35,119 bases of DNA from Gemmatimonadota bacterium (GTDB lineage: Bacteria; Gemmatimonadota; Gemmatimonadetes; Gemmatimonadales; GWC2-71-9), in contig QHUD01000101.1 of assembly GCA_003221085.1 (NCBI GenBank), positions 1 through 35,119 of the forward strand. Reading direction: 5' to 3'. Under the pieces are notes generated by a model. It was not told the origin of the DNA, did no database searches, and worked only from the letters and a program-made list of their open reading frames with translations. A program made the translations under genes and the position numbers. Shown here piece by piece: positions 25,028-33,981 of the stretch. The stretch's first letter is position 1. Every line of letters starts with the position of its first letter.

Positions 25028-26211
25028 GGCGACGGCTCGCCGCCGGCGCGTCCTCCCCGCGACGCGGCGTAGATCCAGATCATGCCTCCCACGAGCACGG
25101 CCAACGGAATGATCAGCACGGCCTCGCCCAGCGAGCGTGCGTCGGACAGGAGCCCAACGAGGGACGGGGAGGGAACGTCGCCCAGGAGATGAATCGTGAA
25201 GATGCTCAAGGCCACCGCCGTGGCCCGCATGTGCGGTGAAACCAAGTTGACGATCGCGGAGTTGATAGGGCCGGTTGAGGCGAACAGACACAATTCCGCT
25301 GCCACGATGGCCGGCCAATAGACCGCGGGCCGGGGGGCGGCGAGCGCGACGAGCGTGAGCGGCGCCGCGAGGAGCGTGACGAGCCCCGAGACCCAGAGGT
25401 ACGCCTGCCGCGAGACACGAAGGAAGTAATCGCCGATCCATCCTCCGGCGTACGTGCCGATGAATCCCGTCACCACCACGATCGCCCCGAACTGCACGGT
25501 CGCCTGCGCTTTGGGAATGCCGCGCGTGCGCTCGAGGAACGCCGGCGTCCAGAACGCCAGCGCACCGATGGCGAACGTGTAGGCGGCATAGCCCAAGACC
25601 GTGAGGACGTAGGGGCGGTTGCGGACCAGCGCGGCGTACGCCGCACGGGCGGCACCGCCGAGCGATGCGCCGTGGGCGCCGGAGGCGGGGCCGTCAGCTG
25701 AGTCTTGGGCGCCGCGGGGCGGATCGTACAGCCGCAGTGCCAACGCCGCGAGCACAAGCCCGGGCACGCCGGCGACGAAGAATGCCTGGCGCCACCCGAA
25801 GTAGTGATCGACCAGACCGCCCACGATGTATCCGAGAGCTGAGCCGATGGGGATCGCGGCGAAGAAGACGGCGAACACCCGGCCACGCCGCTCGCGCGGG
25901 AAGTAGTCCGCCAGGAGCGCCGGTGAGATCGTGCCGTAAGCGGCCTCACCGACCCCTACCGCCGCTCGCGCGGCGAACAACGACGCGTAGCTCGTCGCCA
26001 GGCCGGCGAGCGCCGTCGCCACGCTCCAGATGGCGACGCCGAGCCCGAGGAGACGCGTGCGGGATCGCGCGTCGCCCAGCGAGCCGAACAGCGGCGCGGC
26101 GATCATGTACACGATAATGAAGCCCGTCATGAGGTTGATCAGCGTGAGGACGGCCAGCGCCCTCCGGCCGAGGCGAATGAACTCGCGACCTACAGGTGGG
26201 CCTTCAGCCAC
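25024..26211 (-). CDS. MFS transporter, Spinster-like subfamily
   Basis: LADYFPRERRGRVFAVFFAAIPIGSALGYIVGG...GWRQAFFVAGVPGLVLAALAL..YDPPRG is the typical Spinster-like TM4-TM6 pattern, and the protein has about 11-12 hydrophobic segments. The start is uncertain: GTG 26211 overlaps the peptidase gene by 22 nt, and the next ATG is at 26130. The N-terminal region looks shortened (see findings). Confidence 0.82.
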   Translation of the reverse strand: MAEGPPVGREFIRLGRRALAVLTLINLMTGFIIVYMIAAPLFGSLGDARSRTRLLGLGVAIWSVATALAGLATSYASLFAARAAVGVGEAAYGTISPALLADYFPRERRGRVFAVFFAAIPIGSALGYIVGGLVDHYFGWRQAFFVAGVPGLVLAALALRLYDPPRGAQDSADGPASGAHGASLGGAARAAYAALVRNRPYVLTVLGYAAYTFAIGALAFWTPAFLERTRGIPKAQATVQFGAIVVVTGFIGTYAGGWIGDYFLRVSRQAYLWVSGLVTLLAAPLTLVALAAPRPAVYWPAIVAAELCLFASTGPINSAIVNLVSPHMRATAVALSIFTIHLLGDVPSPSLVGLLSDARSLGEAVLIIPLAVLVGGMIWIYAASRGGRAGGEPSP

Positions 26212-28406
26212 GCCGTGAACAACCCATACAGGTTCTCCCGCGTGGTACCACCGGCGATCGAGTGGGTCTTGTTCGGGTAAATCCGCATGTCGAACTGCTT
26301 GTTCGCCGCCTCGAGACGCTCCACCAGGCGCTCACTGTTCTGGACGTGCACGTTGTCGTCGCCCGTGCCATGCACCAGGAGGAAGCTGCTCTTGAGGCTA
26401 TCGGCGTAGGTCAGCGACGCGCTCTCGTCATAGCCCGTCGCGTTCTCCTGCGGCGTGCGCATGTAGCGCTCGGTGTAGATCGTGTCGTAAAAGTGCCAGT
26501 CGGTGACGGGCGCGACGGCGATCGCGGCCTTGAACACGGCACCGCCCAGAAACACGGTGCGCGAGCTCATGTAGCCCCCGTAGCTCCATCCCCAGATCCC
26601 GATCCGATCCGCGCTGACAAAAGGCTGCCGGCCGAACCAGCGCGCCGCTGCGATTTGGTCGGCCGACTCGTACCGGCCCATGTGCAGATAGGTCAGCTTC
26701 CGGAACTTCGCACCGCGGGCGCCCGTGCCGCGGTTGTCAACGCTCGCGACCAGGTACCCCTCCTGCGCGAGCATCTGGTGCCAGAGATAGGACGCGCCGC
26801 CCCACGCGTCCGTGACTGTTTGCGAGCCGGGCCCGCCGTACACGACCAGCATGAGCGGGTAGCGTTTCGTGGGGTCGAAATCCCGCGGCTTGATGATCCA
26901 GGCGTTGAGCTCGACGCCGTCGGGCGTCGGGACCGTGAGAAACTCCGGCGGCCGGAGCCGCAGCGCGTCCACCTTCCCCACCAGCGCCAGGTTGCCCGCC
27001 AGGGGCCGAACGGGCGACCCGTCGGCGTGGCGCAGCGTTTCGACCGGAGGCACGCCGGCCCGCGAATAGGTGTCGACGTACAGGCGGTACGTTGGATCGA
27101 ACCTCGCGGCATGCGAGCCCGGCTCGCTCGAAATCCGGCGCAGCCCCTTGCTGTCGAGCCCGATTCGCACGACCGACCGCCCGAGCGGCCCGTCGATCGC
27201 GCCGGAGAGGTACACGGCCCGCGCACGCTCGTCCACGCCGTACACCTCGAACACGTCCCAGCCCCCGGGCGTCACCCGACGCACGAGCGAGCCGTCCCGG
27301 TTGAAGAGGTACAGCTGCGCGTAGCCGTCCCGGTCCGAGAGCAGCAGGAACTGCTTCCCACCGTCGAACCACACCGGCTCGTGCGCGTCCACCCACGCCG
27401 AGTCACGATCGGTCGTGATCACGCGGGAGGCGCCGCTCGTTGCGTCCGCAAGCAGCACGTCGAGACGGTTCTGATGGCGGTTGAGCCGGGTAAGCCAAAG
27501 CTCGTTGGGCGAGTCGGCGAAGTCCATTGCCGCGACGTAGATATCCTGTTCGGTCCCGACGTCCACCCATGAGGTACGGCCGGTCGCGATCTCCGTCACA
27601 CCGATTTTCACCGTGGAGTTCGGCGTGCCCGCTTTGGGGTAGCGCACCGGCACCAGCGCCGGGTAGAGGGAGTCCTCGTTGATCAGATAAAACGGCCGGA
27701 TGGCCGCCTGGTCGAACCGCCAGAACGCGATCCGCCGGCCGTCCGGACTCCATCGGAAGGCGTCGCGCAGGTCGAGCTCCTCCTCGTACACCCAGTCAGA
27801 CGTGCCGTTGATGATGGTCTCGCTTCCGTCGGTGGTGAGCGCTGTCTCGGCCCCCGTGGCGAGGTCGGTCACGTAGACGTTGTTGTCGCGCACGAAGCCG
27901 ACCATGCGCCCGTCGGGCGAGAACTTGGCGAACTGCTGATACCCGGCGCGGGCGCTCACCGGCGTGAGACGCCGGCCGGCGAGATCCCACACGAAGAAGG
28001 TCCCCTTGGTGTTCTGACGCCAGACGCGCGCCGAGTTCGTGAACAGGAGGAGCTTCGAGCCGTCGGCCGAAAAGTGGTATTCCTCGATCACGATCGGCTT
28101 TCCGCCCCCCTCCCCGCCCCCCGGCGGGACCAGGTCGGCGCCGCGTACCAGCAGCTGCTTCGCCCCCGTGAGCGCATCGACCCGGTACAAATCGGAATGG
28201 CCCGCGGCGTTTTCCTCGAGGGTCGTGTACGCCTTGCCGTCCTTCAGCCACGTGACGTCTACCAGATCGCTCGCGTACTCGCGCGAGCCCCAAATGGCGT
28301 GGACGGTGAGCGCCGGAGCCTGAACGCCCTGCGCGGCCAGAGGCTCCGTGAGACCGATGACGACGCAAACGGCATGGGTGAAACGGCGACCTGCGGCTGA
28401 CTGCAT
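26190..28406 (-). CDS. dipeptidyl-peptidase IV-like serine peptidase (family S9B: beta-propeller + alpha/beta hydrolase)
   Basis: The start is taken at the ATG of MQSAAGRRFTHAVCVVIGLTEPLAAQG, which is signal-like. The DPPIV N-terminal propeller blocks are WSPDGRRIAFWRFD and YPKAGTPN. The catalytic Ser is in GIWGWSYGGYMS, the Asp in HGTGDDNVH and the His in NKTHSI. The listed upstream extension to 28724 looks non-coding. Confidence 0.9.
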   Translation of the reverse strand: MQSAAGRRFTHAVCVVIGLTEPLAAQGVQAPALTVHAIWGSREYASDLVDVTWLKDGKAYTTLEENAAGHSDLYRVDALTGAKQLLVRGADLVPPGGGEGGGKPIVIEEYHFSADGSKLLLFTNSARVWRQNTKGTFFVWDLAGRRLTPVSARAGYQQFAKFSPDGRMVGFVRDNNVYVTDLATGAETALTTDGSETIINGTSDWVYEEELDLRDAFRWSPDGRRIAFWRFDQAAIRPFYLINEDSLYPALVPVRYPKAGTPNSTVKIGVTEIATGRTSWVDVGTEQDIYVAAMDFADSPNELWLTRLNRHQNRLDVLLADATSGASRVITTDRDSAWVDAHEPVWFDGGKQFLLLSDRDGYAQLYLFNRDGSLVRRVTPGGWDVFEVYGVDERARAVYLSGAIDGPLGRSVVRIGLDSKGLRRISSEPGSHAARFDPTYRLYVDTYSRAGVPPVETLRHADGSPVRPLAGNLALVGKVDALRLRPPEFLTVPTPDGVELNAWIIKPRDFDPTKRYPLMLVVYGGPGSQTVTDAWGGASYLWHQMLAQEGYLVASVDNRGTGARGAKFRKLTYLHMGRYESADQIAAARWFGRQPFVSADRIGIWGWSYGGYMSSRTVFLGGAVFKAAIAVAPVTDWHFYDTIYTERYMRTPQENATGYDESASLTYADSLKSSFLLVHGTGDDNVHVQNSERLVERLEAANKQFDMRIYPNKTHSIAGGTTRENLYGLFTAWLKAHL

Positions 28407-28607
28407 GATGGCGCTCGACGGGGGTTGGGGTGCCCCAAACCTACCCGCCGCCGCCCAGCGTGGAAGCTTCGTAGCGAAGCCAGCTTGGGAGCACGCTTCC
28501 TGCACAAACGCCCATGTTGCAATATTCACCGGTCCCGGCAGCCCGCACCGATGCTGCGGAGCTGCGACGCTGTTGTGGCCGTGCAACGATTCGCTTTCGG
28601 AGCCCGC

Positions 28608-30107
28608 ATGCCACCGAGCCCCCCTTTCCCCAACGCGGCCACCGGGACGGTGCAGCCTAGCACAGCCGAACTCCCTCGCCTGAGTGCCGTGCATTGGCCG
28701 CCCGGCGCCTACCGCCGGGAGCACCTTCCGGAGCGGGTGCTGCAGTTCGGCACGGGCATGCTGCTGCGCGCCTTATGCGCGGCGTCCGTGGACGCCGCAA
28801 ACTCGGCCGTCGCTTTTTCCGGCCGTATCGCCGTCATTCAAAGCACGCCACAAGGCCATGCGCGCGCCATCAACGCCCAAGACGGCCTGTTCACGCTGGT
28901 CGAGCGCGGGCTCGAGCGCGGAGCGCCGGTCGAGCGCACGCGGCTGGTCGGCGCGATTTCGCGTGCGCTGGTCGCCGACGCCGAATGGCCGGCCGTGCGC
29001 GATATCGTCGCTCGGCCGGAGCTGCAGGTGCTGGTGAGCAACGTGACCGAGGCGGGGTTTCGCGCGGACGGGAGCTTCCCCGCCAGGTTGACGGACCTGC
29101 TGCATACGCGGTTCGCGCGCCTGCCGGATGGCCCACCCCTGTTCGTCATCCCCACCGAGCTGGTGGACGACAACGGGCCGCGCCTCGCTGCGATGGTCGA
29201 CGGCTTGGCCGGAGGACTCGAGCGCGGAGCCCAGTTCCGCCGGTGGCTCGAGCGGCGGGTGCGGTTCTGCTCCTCGCTCGTCGACCGGATCACGACGGGC
29301 ACGCCCGCCCGGGATGTGCGCGCGACCCTCGAGCGGCGGCTCGGCTACGCCGATGCCCTCCTCACCGTCACGGAGCCGCACTCCCTGTGGGCGATCGAGG
29401 CCGATCCCGCCGAGCTGCGGGCGGCGTTCGCGATCGACGTCCTCCCCGAGTCCGTGATCATCGCTCCCGACATCGCGTTCTACCGGGAACGCAAGCTGCG
29501 GCTCCTGAACGGCGCGCACACGGCCACCGCGCCGCTCGCGCTCCTGGCGGGCGTGCGCACGGTGCGGGAGGCCGCGGAGCATCCGCGGCTGGGCGGCTTC
29601 CTTCGTCGCATTCTCTTCGAGGAGATCGCGCCCGCCACGGACCTGCCGGGCGACGCGGCCGCGGCGTTCGCCGGAACCGTGATCGAGCGGTTCCGCAACC
29701 CCTGGCTGGATCACGAGTGGCGTGTGATTGCCACGAACCAGACCGCCAAGCTGCGGGCCCGCGTGGCCCCTTCGCTCACGGGGTTCGCCCGAAAGCGGAG
29801 GATCGCGCCGCAGGGGTTGGCCCTGGGTCTTGCGGCTTACCTGCGTTGGGTCCGCACGCACCCCGCCGACGACCCAGATCTGCCGCTGATCGAGCGGCAC
29901 TGGCGGACGGCTACCGCGCTGCCAGGACTCGCCGCCAGTGCGCTGGCCGACACGGATGCGTGGGGCGTCAATCTGGCCGAGCTGCCGGGACTGCTCGAGG
30001 CCACGACGCGCTGGCTCGTGCTGCTGGAGCACGACGGCGTGGCCGCGGCGCTCGAGGCTCTGCCCCGCACGCCGGAACACGCAGCTCCCGGACGCACCGG
30101 ATCATGA
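28608..30107 (+). CDS. uxaB: tagaturonate reductase / altronate oxidoreductase-like enzyme (long-chain mannitol dehydrogenase family)
   Basis: Blocks parallel E. coli UxaB as I recall it: PERVLQFGTGMLLRA, QDGLFT, SNVTEAGF, FCSSLVDRITTGTP, YRERKLRLLNGAHTA, ERFRNPWLDHEW..IATNQTAKLRARV. The start is ATG 28608, with ATG 28551 as an alternative. Assignment to UxaB rather than UxuB is by architecture only. Confidence 0.82.
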   Translation: MPPSPPFPNAATGTVQPSTAELPRLSAVHWPPGAYRREHLPERVLQFGTGMLLRALCAASVDAANSAVAFSGRIAVIQSTPQGHARAINAQDGLFTLVERGLERGAPVERTRLVGAISRALVADAEWPAVRDIVARPELQVLVSNVTEAGFRADGSFPARLTDLLHTRFARLPDGPPLFVIPTELVDDNGPRLAAMVDGLAGGLERGAQFRRWLERRVRFCSSLVDRITTGTPARDVRATLERRLGYADALLTVTEPHSLWAIEADPAELRAAFAIDVLPESVIIAPDIAFYRERKLRLLNGAHTATAPLALLAGVRTVREAAEHPRLGGFLRRILFEEIAPATDLPGDAAAAFAGTVIERFRNPWLDHEWRVIATNQTAKLRARVAPSLTGFARKRRIAPQGLALGLAAYLRWVRTHPADDPDLPLIERHWRTATALPGLAASALADTDAWGVNLAELPGLLEATTRWLVLLEHDGVAAALEALPRTPEHAAPGRTGS

Positions 30108-31633
30108 CCCTCACGGCGACGACCCTGCCGGGGCTCGACCCGCTGCTCCAGAGTGGTGTGATCGCTGTCGTTCGGGTGTCCGAGGCGGTTCGGCTCGGGA
30201 CCGCCGCCCGCGCGCTGGCGGCAGGGGGCGTGACCGCGGTGGAGGTCACCCTGACGACGCCGGGCGCCATCGAGACGATCGCCGACCTGGCGTCCGATCC
30301 CGGTCTCGCAGGGTGCGTGATCGGGGCGGGCACCGTGCTCGACGAATCTGCGGCTCGCTACGTCATCGATGCCGGCGCGCGTTTCGTGGTGAGCCCCACA
30401 CTCAATCCAGCGGTGATCCGCGCCTGCCGCGACCGCGGCATCCCCTGCATGCCGGGAGCGTTCACGCCGACCGAGCTGCTCGAGGGGTGGCGCGCGGGCG
30501 CGCCCGTGATGAAACTGTTCCCCGCCTCCGCCGTCGGTCCCGGCTACATCCGCGATGTGCTCGCGCCACTGCCATTCCTCCGGCTCGTGCCCTCGGGCGG
30601 CGTGTCGCTTGAAAACGCCGGCGAATGGATCCGCGCCGGAGTGAAGCGGGTGGTTACGTTCGGCGAGCTGCTCCTCCGACTCAGCCCGCCTGGTGAAGAA
30701 CACCTGTTCGAATCTAGCGACCTGGTGACGTACTTCGGCGGCGCAGAGGCGAATGTCGCGGTCGCCCTCAGTCATTTCGGCGTGCGTTGCGACTACGTCA
30801 CGCGCGCCCCCGACAATCCCATCGGGGACGCCGGCGTGGCGGCGCTCGCGCGCGAGGGCGTCGGCATGGAGTGGATCGTGCGCGGCGGCGAGCGCCTGGG
30901 GATCTACTTCGTCGAGCCGGGCGCGGACCTGCGCGCCATGCGCGTCGTGTACGACCGCGCGGGTTCGGCCTTCGCCCGGATCGAGCCGCGCGCGGTAGAC
31001 TGGCCTCGCGTGCTCGCGGGCGCGGATTGGTTCCACTCGTCGGGGATCACCCCGGCCCTGGGCGACGGCCCGGCGGCCGCGCTCGCGGGCGCCATCACCT
31101 GTGCGCGCGCCCAAGGCACACCCGTCAGCTTCGACTTGAACTACCGCGAGGCGCTGTGGCGCGACCGAGACCCGCGGCCGCTCGTCGAGCCCCTGGCTCG
31201 ACAGGCGACGGTCCTGATCGCCAATCCGACCGCCGTACGCGCGATGCTCGGGATCGACGCGGACGACGACTCCCTCGCGAGCCCCGGACCCGCCCGGGAC
31301 CTCGCGAAGCGGGTCGCCGATCGGTGCGGCGTCGAGCGCGTCACGCTCACCCGACGCGAGATTCTCGGGCCCCGACGGCACGGCTGGAGCGCCGTGCTGT
31401 ACGATAGGGACACCGGCTCGTTCGCACAGAGCCGGCGACACTGCGTGGAGGTCGTGGACCGGGTGGGCGGCGGCGACAGCTTCGCCGCGGCGCTCATCGC
31501 GCGCCTGGTCGGCGGAGATGCACCGGCTGATGCGCTCGAGTTCGCGGTGGCGGCAAGCGCGTTGAAGCTCACCGTGCCCGGCGACTTCAGCCGCTCCAGC
31601 GTGCGGGACGTCCAAGCGCTGCTCCGCGCATGA
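30104..31633 (+). CDS. eda-kdgK: in-frame fusion: KDPG/KHG aldolase (Eda-like, C-terminally truncated, codons 1-179) + 2-keto-3-deoxygluconate kinase (KdgK, PfkB family, codons 180-509)
   Basis: The start overlaps the uxaB stop (ATGA). The aldolase blocks are [29 protein letters not shown] (Schiff-base Lys) and VPSGGVS..EWIRAGV. From GTG 30641 the kinase blocks are [42 protein letters not shown] and [12 protein letters not shown]. There is no stop codon between the two parts. The listed 979-aa ORF from 28694 is an out-of-frame extension over uxaB. Confidence 0.85.
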   Translation: MTLTATTLPGLDPLLQSGVIAVVRVSEAVRLGTAARALAAGGVTAVEVTLTTPGAIETIADLASDPGLAGCVIGAGTVLDESAARYVIDAGARFVVSPTLNPAVIRACRDRGIPCMPGAFTPTELLEGWRAGAPVMKLFPASAVGPGYIRDVLAPLPFLRLVPSGGVSLENAGEWIRAGVKRVVTFGELLLRLSPPGEEHLFESSDLVTYFGGAEANVAVALSHFGVRCDYVTRAPDNPIGDAGVAALAREGVGMEWIVRGGERLGIYFVEPGADLRAMRVVYDRAGSAFARIEPRAVDWPRVLAGADWFHSSGITPALGDGPAAALAGAITCARAQGTPVSFDLNYREALWRDRDPRPLVEPLARQATVLIANPTAVRAMLGIDADDDSLASPGPARDLAKRVADRCGVERVTLTRREILGPRRHGWSAVLYDRDTGSFAQSRRHCVEVVDRVGGGDSFAAALIARLVGGDAPADALEFAVAASALKLTVPGDFSRSSVRDVQALLRA

Positions 31634-32676
31634 TCCCGAGCTTTCGCTGGTTCGGCCCCGCCGACTCGATCCCGCTCGCATACATCCGGCAGATCCCCGG
31701 TGTCACGGGCGTGGTGAGCGCACTGTACGACGTGCCGGTGGGCGACGCGTGGAGCCGGGCGCGCCTCGGCACGCTCAAGGCCCAGATCGAAGACGCCGGA
31801 CTCTGCTTTGCCGTGGTCGAGAGCATCCCGGTGCACGAGGACATCAAGCTGGGGCGCCCCGGGCGCGATCGCCTCATCGGCCACTATAGCGCCAGCATCG
31901 CGAGCATGGGCGAGCTCGGCATCCCGGTCCTGTGTTACAACTTCATGCCGGTCTTCGATTGGACACGCACCGACCTCGCCTTGCGCCTGCCTGACGGGTC
32001 CACGGCGCTCGCGTACGACGACCGGGCGCTCGCGGCCATCGATTTGTCGCGCGGCACCGGGGAGCTCCCGGGGTGGGCCACGGCCTACCGGCCCGCCGAC
32101 CTACAAGCCCTGCTCGCCGCCTACCGCGACGTGGACGCGGAGCGGTTCTGGGACAATCTCGCGTACTTTCTGGAGCGCGTCGTGCCGGTCGCCGAGCAGG
32201 CCGGCGTGAGGCTGGCGATCCATCCCGATGATCCTCCCTGGCCGATCTTCGGACTGCCGCGGATCATCACCAATGCCCGAGCTCTCGAGCGCCTCGTGAC
32301 GCTGGTGGACAGCGCGGCGAACGGCGTGACGTTCTGTACCGGGTCGCTCGGCGCGAGCCCCGAGAACGACCTGCCGGCCATGGTGCGGCGGCTCGGCGGG
32401 CTGGGGCGTATCCACTTTGCTCACTGTCGCAACGTCCGGATCACGGGGGAGCGGGGGTTTCACGAAACGGCCCATCCGTCGTCGTACGGCAGCGTGGACC
32501 TGTTCGAGGTGCTCCGCGCCCTGAGGGACGTGGGGTTCACGGGCCCCATGCGCCCCGACCACGGCCGCATGATCTGGGGTGAAACGGGGCGGCCGGGATA
32601 CGGGCTGTACGATAGGGCGCTCGGTGTGACGTACCTGCAAGGTCTATGGGAAGCGCTCTCCCGGAGCGAAAGGTGA
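31630..32676 (+). CDS. uxuA: mannonate dehydratase
   Basis: The start overlaps the upstream stop (ATGA). Matching blocks are FRWFGP.D...[55 protein letters not shown], and FHE.AH...G.VD...V and MRPDHG. Confidence 0.92.
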   Translation: MIPSFRWFGPADSIPLAYIRQIPGVTGVVSALYDVPVGDAWSRARLGTLKAQIEDAGLCFAVVESIPVHEDIKLGRPGRDRLIGHYSASIASMGELGIPVLCYNFMPVFDWTRTDLALRLPDGSTALAYDDRALAAIDLSRGTGELPGWATAYRPADLQALLAAYRDVDAERFWDNLAYFLERVVPVAEQAGVRLAIHPDDPPWPIFGLPRIITNARALERLVTLVDSAANGVTFCTGSLGASPENDLPAMVRRLGGLGRIHFAHCRNVRITGERGFHETAHPSSYGSVDLFEVLRALRDVGFTGPMRPDHGRMIWGETGRPGYGLYDRALGVTYLQGLWEALSRSER

Positions 32677-33959
32677 GCACGGCGGTCGCGCCCCCGCGGA
32701 TCGGGTACCGGTGGACGGTATGCGCGCTGCTGTTCGCGGTCACCACCATCAACTATGTCGACCGCCAGGTGCTCGGGATCCTGGCGCCCACGCTGCAGCG
32801 CGAGCTCGGGTGGTCCGAGGCCGCCTACGGTGACGTGGTGTCGTGGTTCAGCCTGCCCTACGCCTTCGCGTTCCTCGCGGCGGGGCGGCTGTTCGACCGG
32901 ATCGGGGTGCGGCGCGGGTTCGCGGCAGCCGTGGTCGCGTGGAGCCTCACTGCCATCGCGCACGCGTTCGCGCGCACGACGGCGATGTTTTCCGCCGCGC
33001 GCGCCCTGCTGGGCGTGGCCGAGTCGGCAAATTTCCCCGGCGCCATCAAGGCCGTCGCCGAGTGGTTCCCCAAGAAGGAGCGAGCGCTCGCGACCGGCAT
33101 CTTCAACGCGGGAACGAACACCGGTGCGATTATCACACCCCTCCTCGTCCCCTGGATCGCGCTCACGTGGGGTTGGCAGTGGGCCTTCATCGTGACGGGC
33201 TCGCTCGGGTTCCTGTGGCTGGTCCTGTGGCTCGCCGTGTACCGCAGTCCCGAGTCAAACTCGCGCGTCTCGAGCGACGAGCTGGCCCATATCCGCAGCG
33301 ATCCACCCGACCCCGCGAACGCGCGCGTGCCCTGGATCCGCCTGCTCGGGTTCAGGCAGACATGGGCGGTCGCGGCGGGGAAGCTGCTGGCCGATCCGAT
33401 TTGGTGGTTCTACCTGTACTGGCTCCCCAAATTCCTGGACGCTCGGTACGGGATCAAGTTGGCGCAGGTGGCGCTCCCGCTCATCGTGATATACGTCGTG
33501 GCCGACGCCGGCTCGATCGGCGGAGGGTGGCTCTCGAGCACCCTGATCAAGCGCGGCTGGACGGTCAATCGGGCGCGCAAGACCGCGATGCTCGCCATGG
33601 CGCTGCTGATCGTGCCGACGGCATTGGCGCCACTGGCGGGGAGCATGTGGACCGCCGTCCTGATTGTCAGCGTCGCCGCGGCGGCGCACCAGGCGTGGTC
33701 TGCCAACGTGTATACGCTGGCGAGCGACATGTTCCCGCGTGCGGCGGTGGGTTCGGTGGTGGGGATCGGGGCGTTCGCCGGCGGCATCGGCGGCTGGGCG
33801 TTTCAGCGCGTGACCGGCCGGATCCTCCAGGGCAACGGGAACGACTACACGCCGATCTTCATCGTCTGCGGGCTGGCCTACGTCTCCGGGTGGGCGATCA
33901 TTCACCTCCTCGCCCCGCGACTCGAGCCCGCAACTGTAGAAGCGTGCTCCCGCGCGTGA
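32673..33959 (+). CDS. exuT: MFS hexuronate transporter (ExuT-like, ACS subfamily)
   Basis: Matching blocks are [70 protein letters not shown] and [18 protein letters not shown] 32673 overlaps the uxuA stop (GTGA). The alternative ATG 32646 would overlap uxuA by 31 nt. Confidence 0.85.
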   Translation: MSTAVAPPRIGYRWTVCALLFAVTTINYVDRQVLGILAPTLQRELGWSEAAYGDVVSWFSLPYAFAFLAAGRLFDRIGVRRGFAAAVVAWSLTAIAHAFARTTAMFSAARALLGVAESANFPGAIKAVAEWFPKKERALATGIFNAGTNTGAIITPLLVPWIALTWGWQWAFIVTGSLGFLWLVLWLAVYRSPESNSRVSSDELAHIRSDPPDPANARVPWIRLLGFRQTWAVAAGKLLADPIWWFYLYWLPKFLDARYGIKLAQVALPLIVIYVVADAGSIGGGWLSSTLIKRGWTVNRARKTAMLAMALLIVPTALAPLAGSMWTAVLIVSVAAAAHQAWSANVYTLASDMFPRAAVGSVVGIGAFAGGIGGWAFQRVTGRILQGNGNDYTPIFIVCGLAYVSGWAIIHLLAPRLEPATVEACSRA

Positions 33960-33981
33960 GGGTCGCGAGGTAGAGCGACAG

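Noticed and set aside
26196-27572. 458-aa plus-strand ORF
   Set aside because: It is antisense to the DPP-IV-like gene, whose catalytic triad motifs are on the minus strand. The product is Arg/Pro/Val-rich.
28694-30103. N-terminal 470 codons of the listed 979-aa ORF
   Set aside because: This stretch overlaps uxaB out of frame and is Arg/Ala/Gly/Pro-rich. Recognisable aldolase sequence begins exactly at ATG 30104, which overlaps the uxaB stop.
30706-30714. GTTCGAATC, a tRNA T-loop-like word
   Set aside because: It is embedded in the kdgK reading frame (..LFESS..), and no flanking acceptor, D or anticodon stems can be drawn.
29837-31681. 614-aa minus-strand ORF, and the 435-aa ORF at 28773-30080
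   Set aside because: They are antisense to eda-kdgK and uxaB respectively. They carry no motifs and have a typical GC-rich antisense composition.
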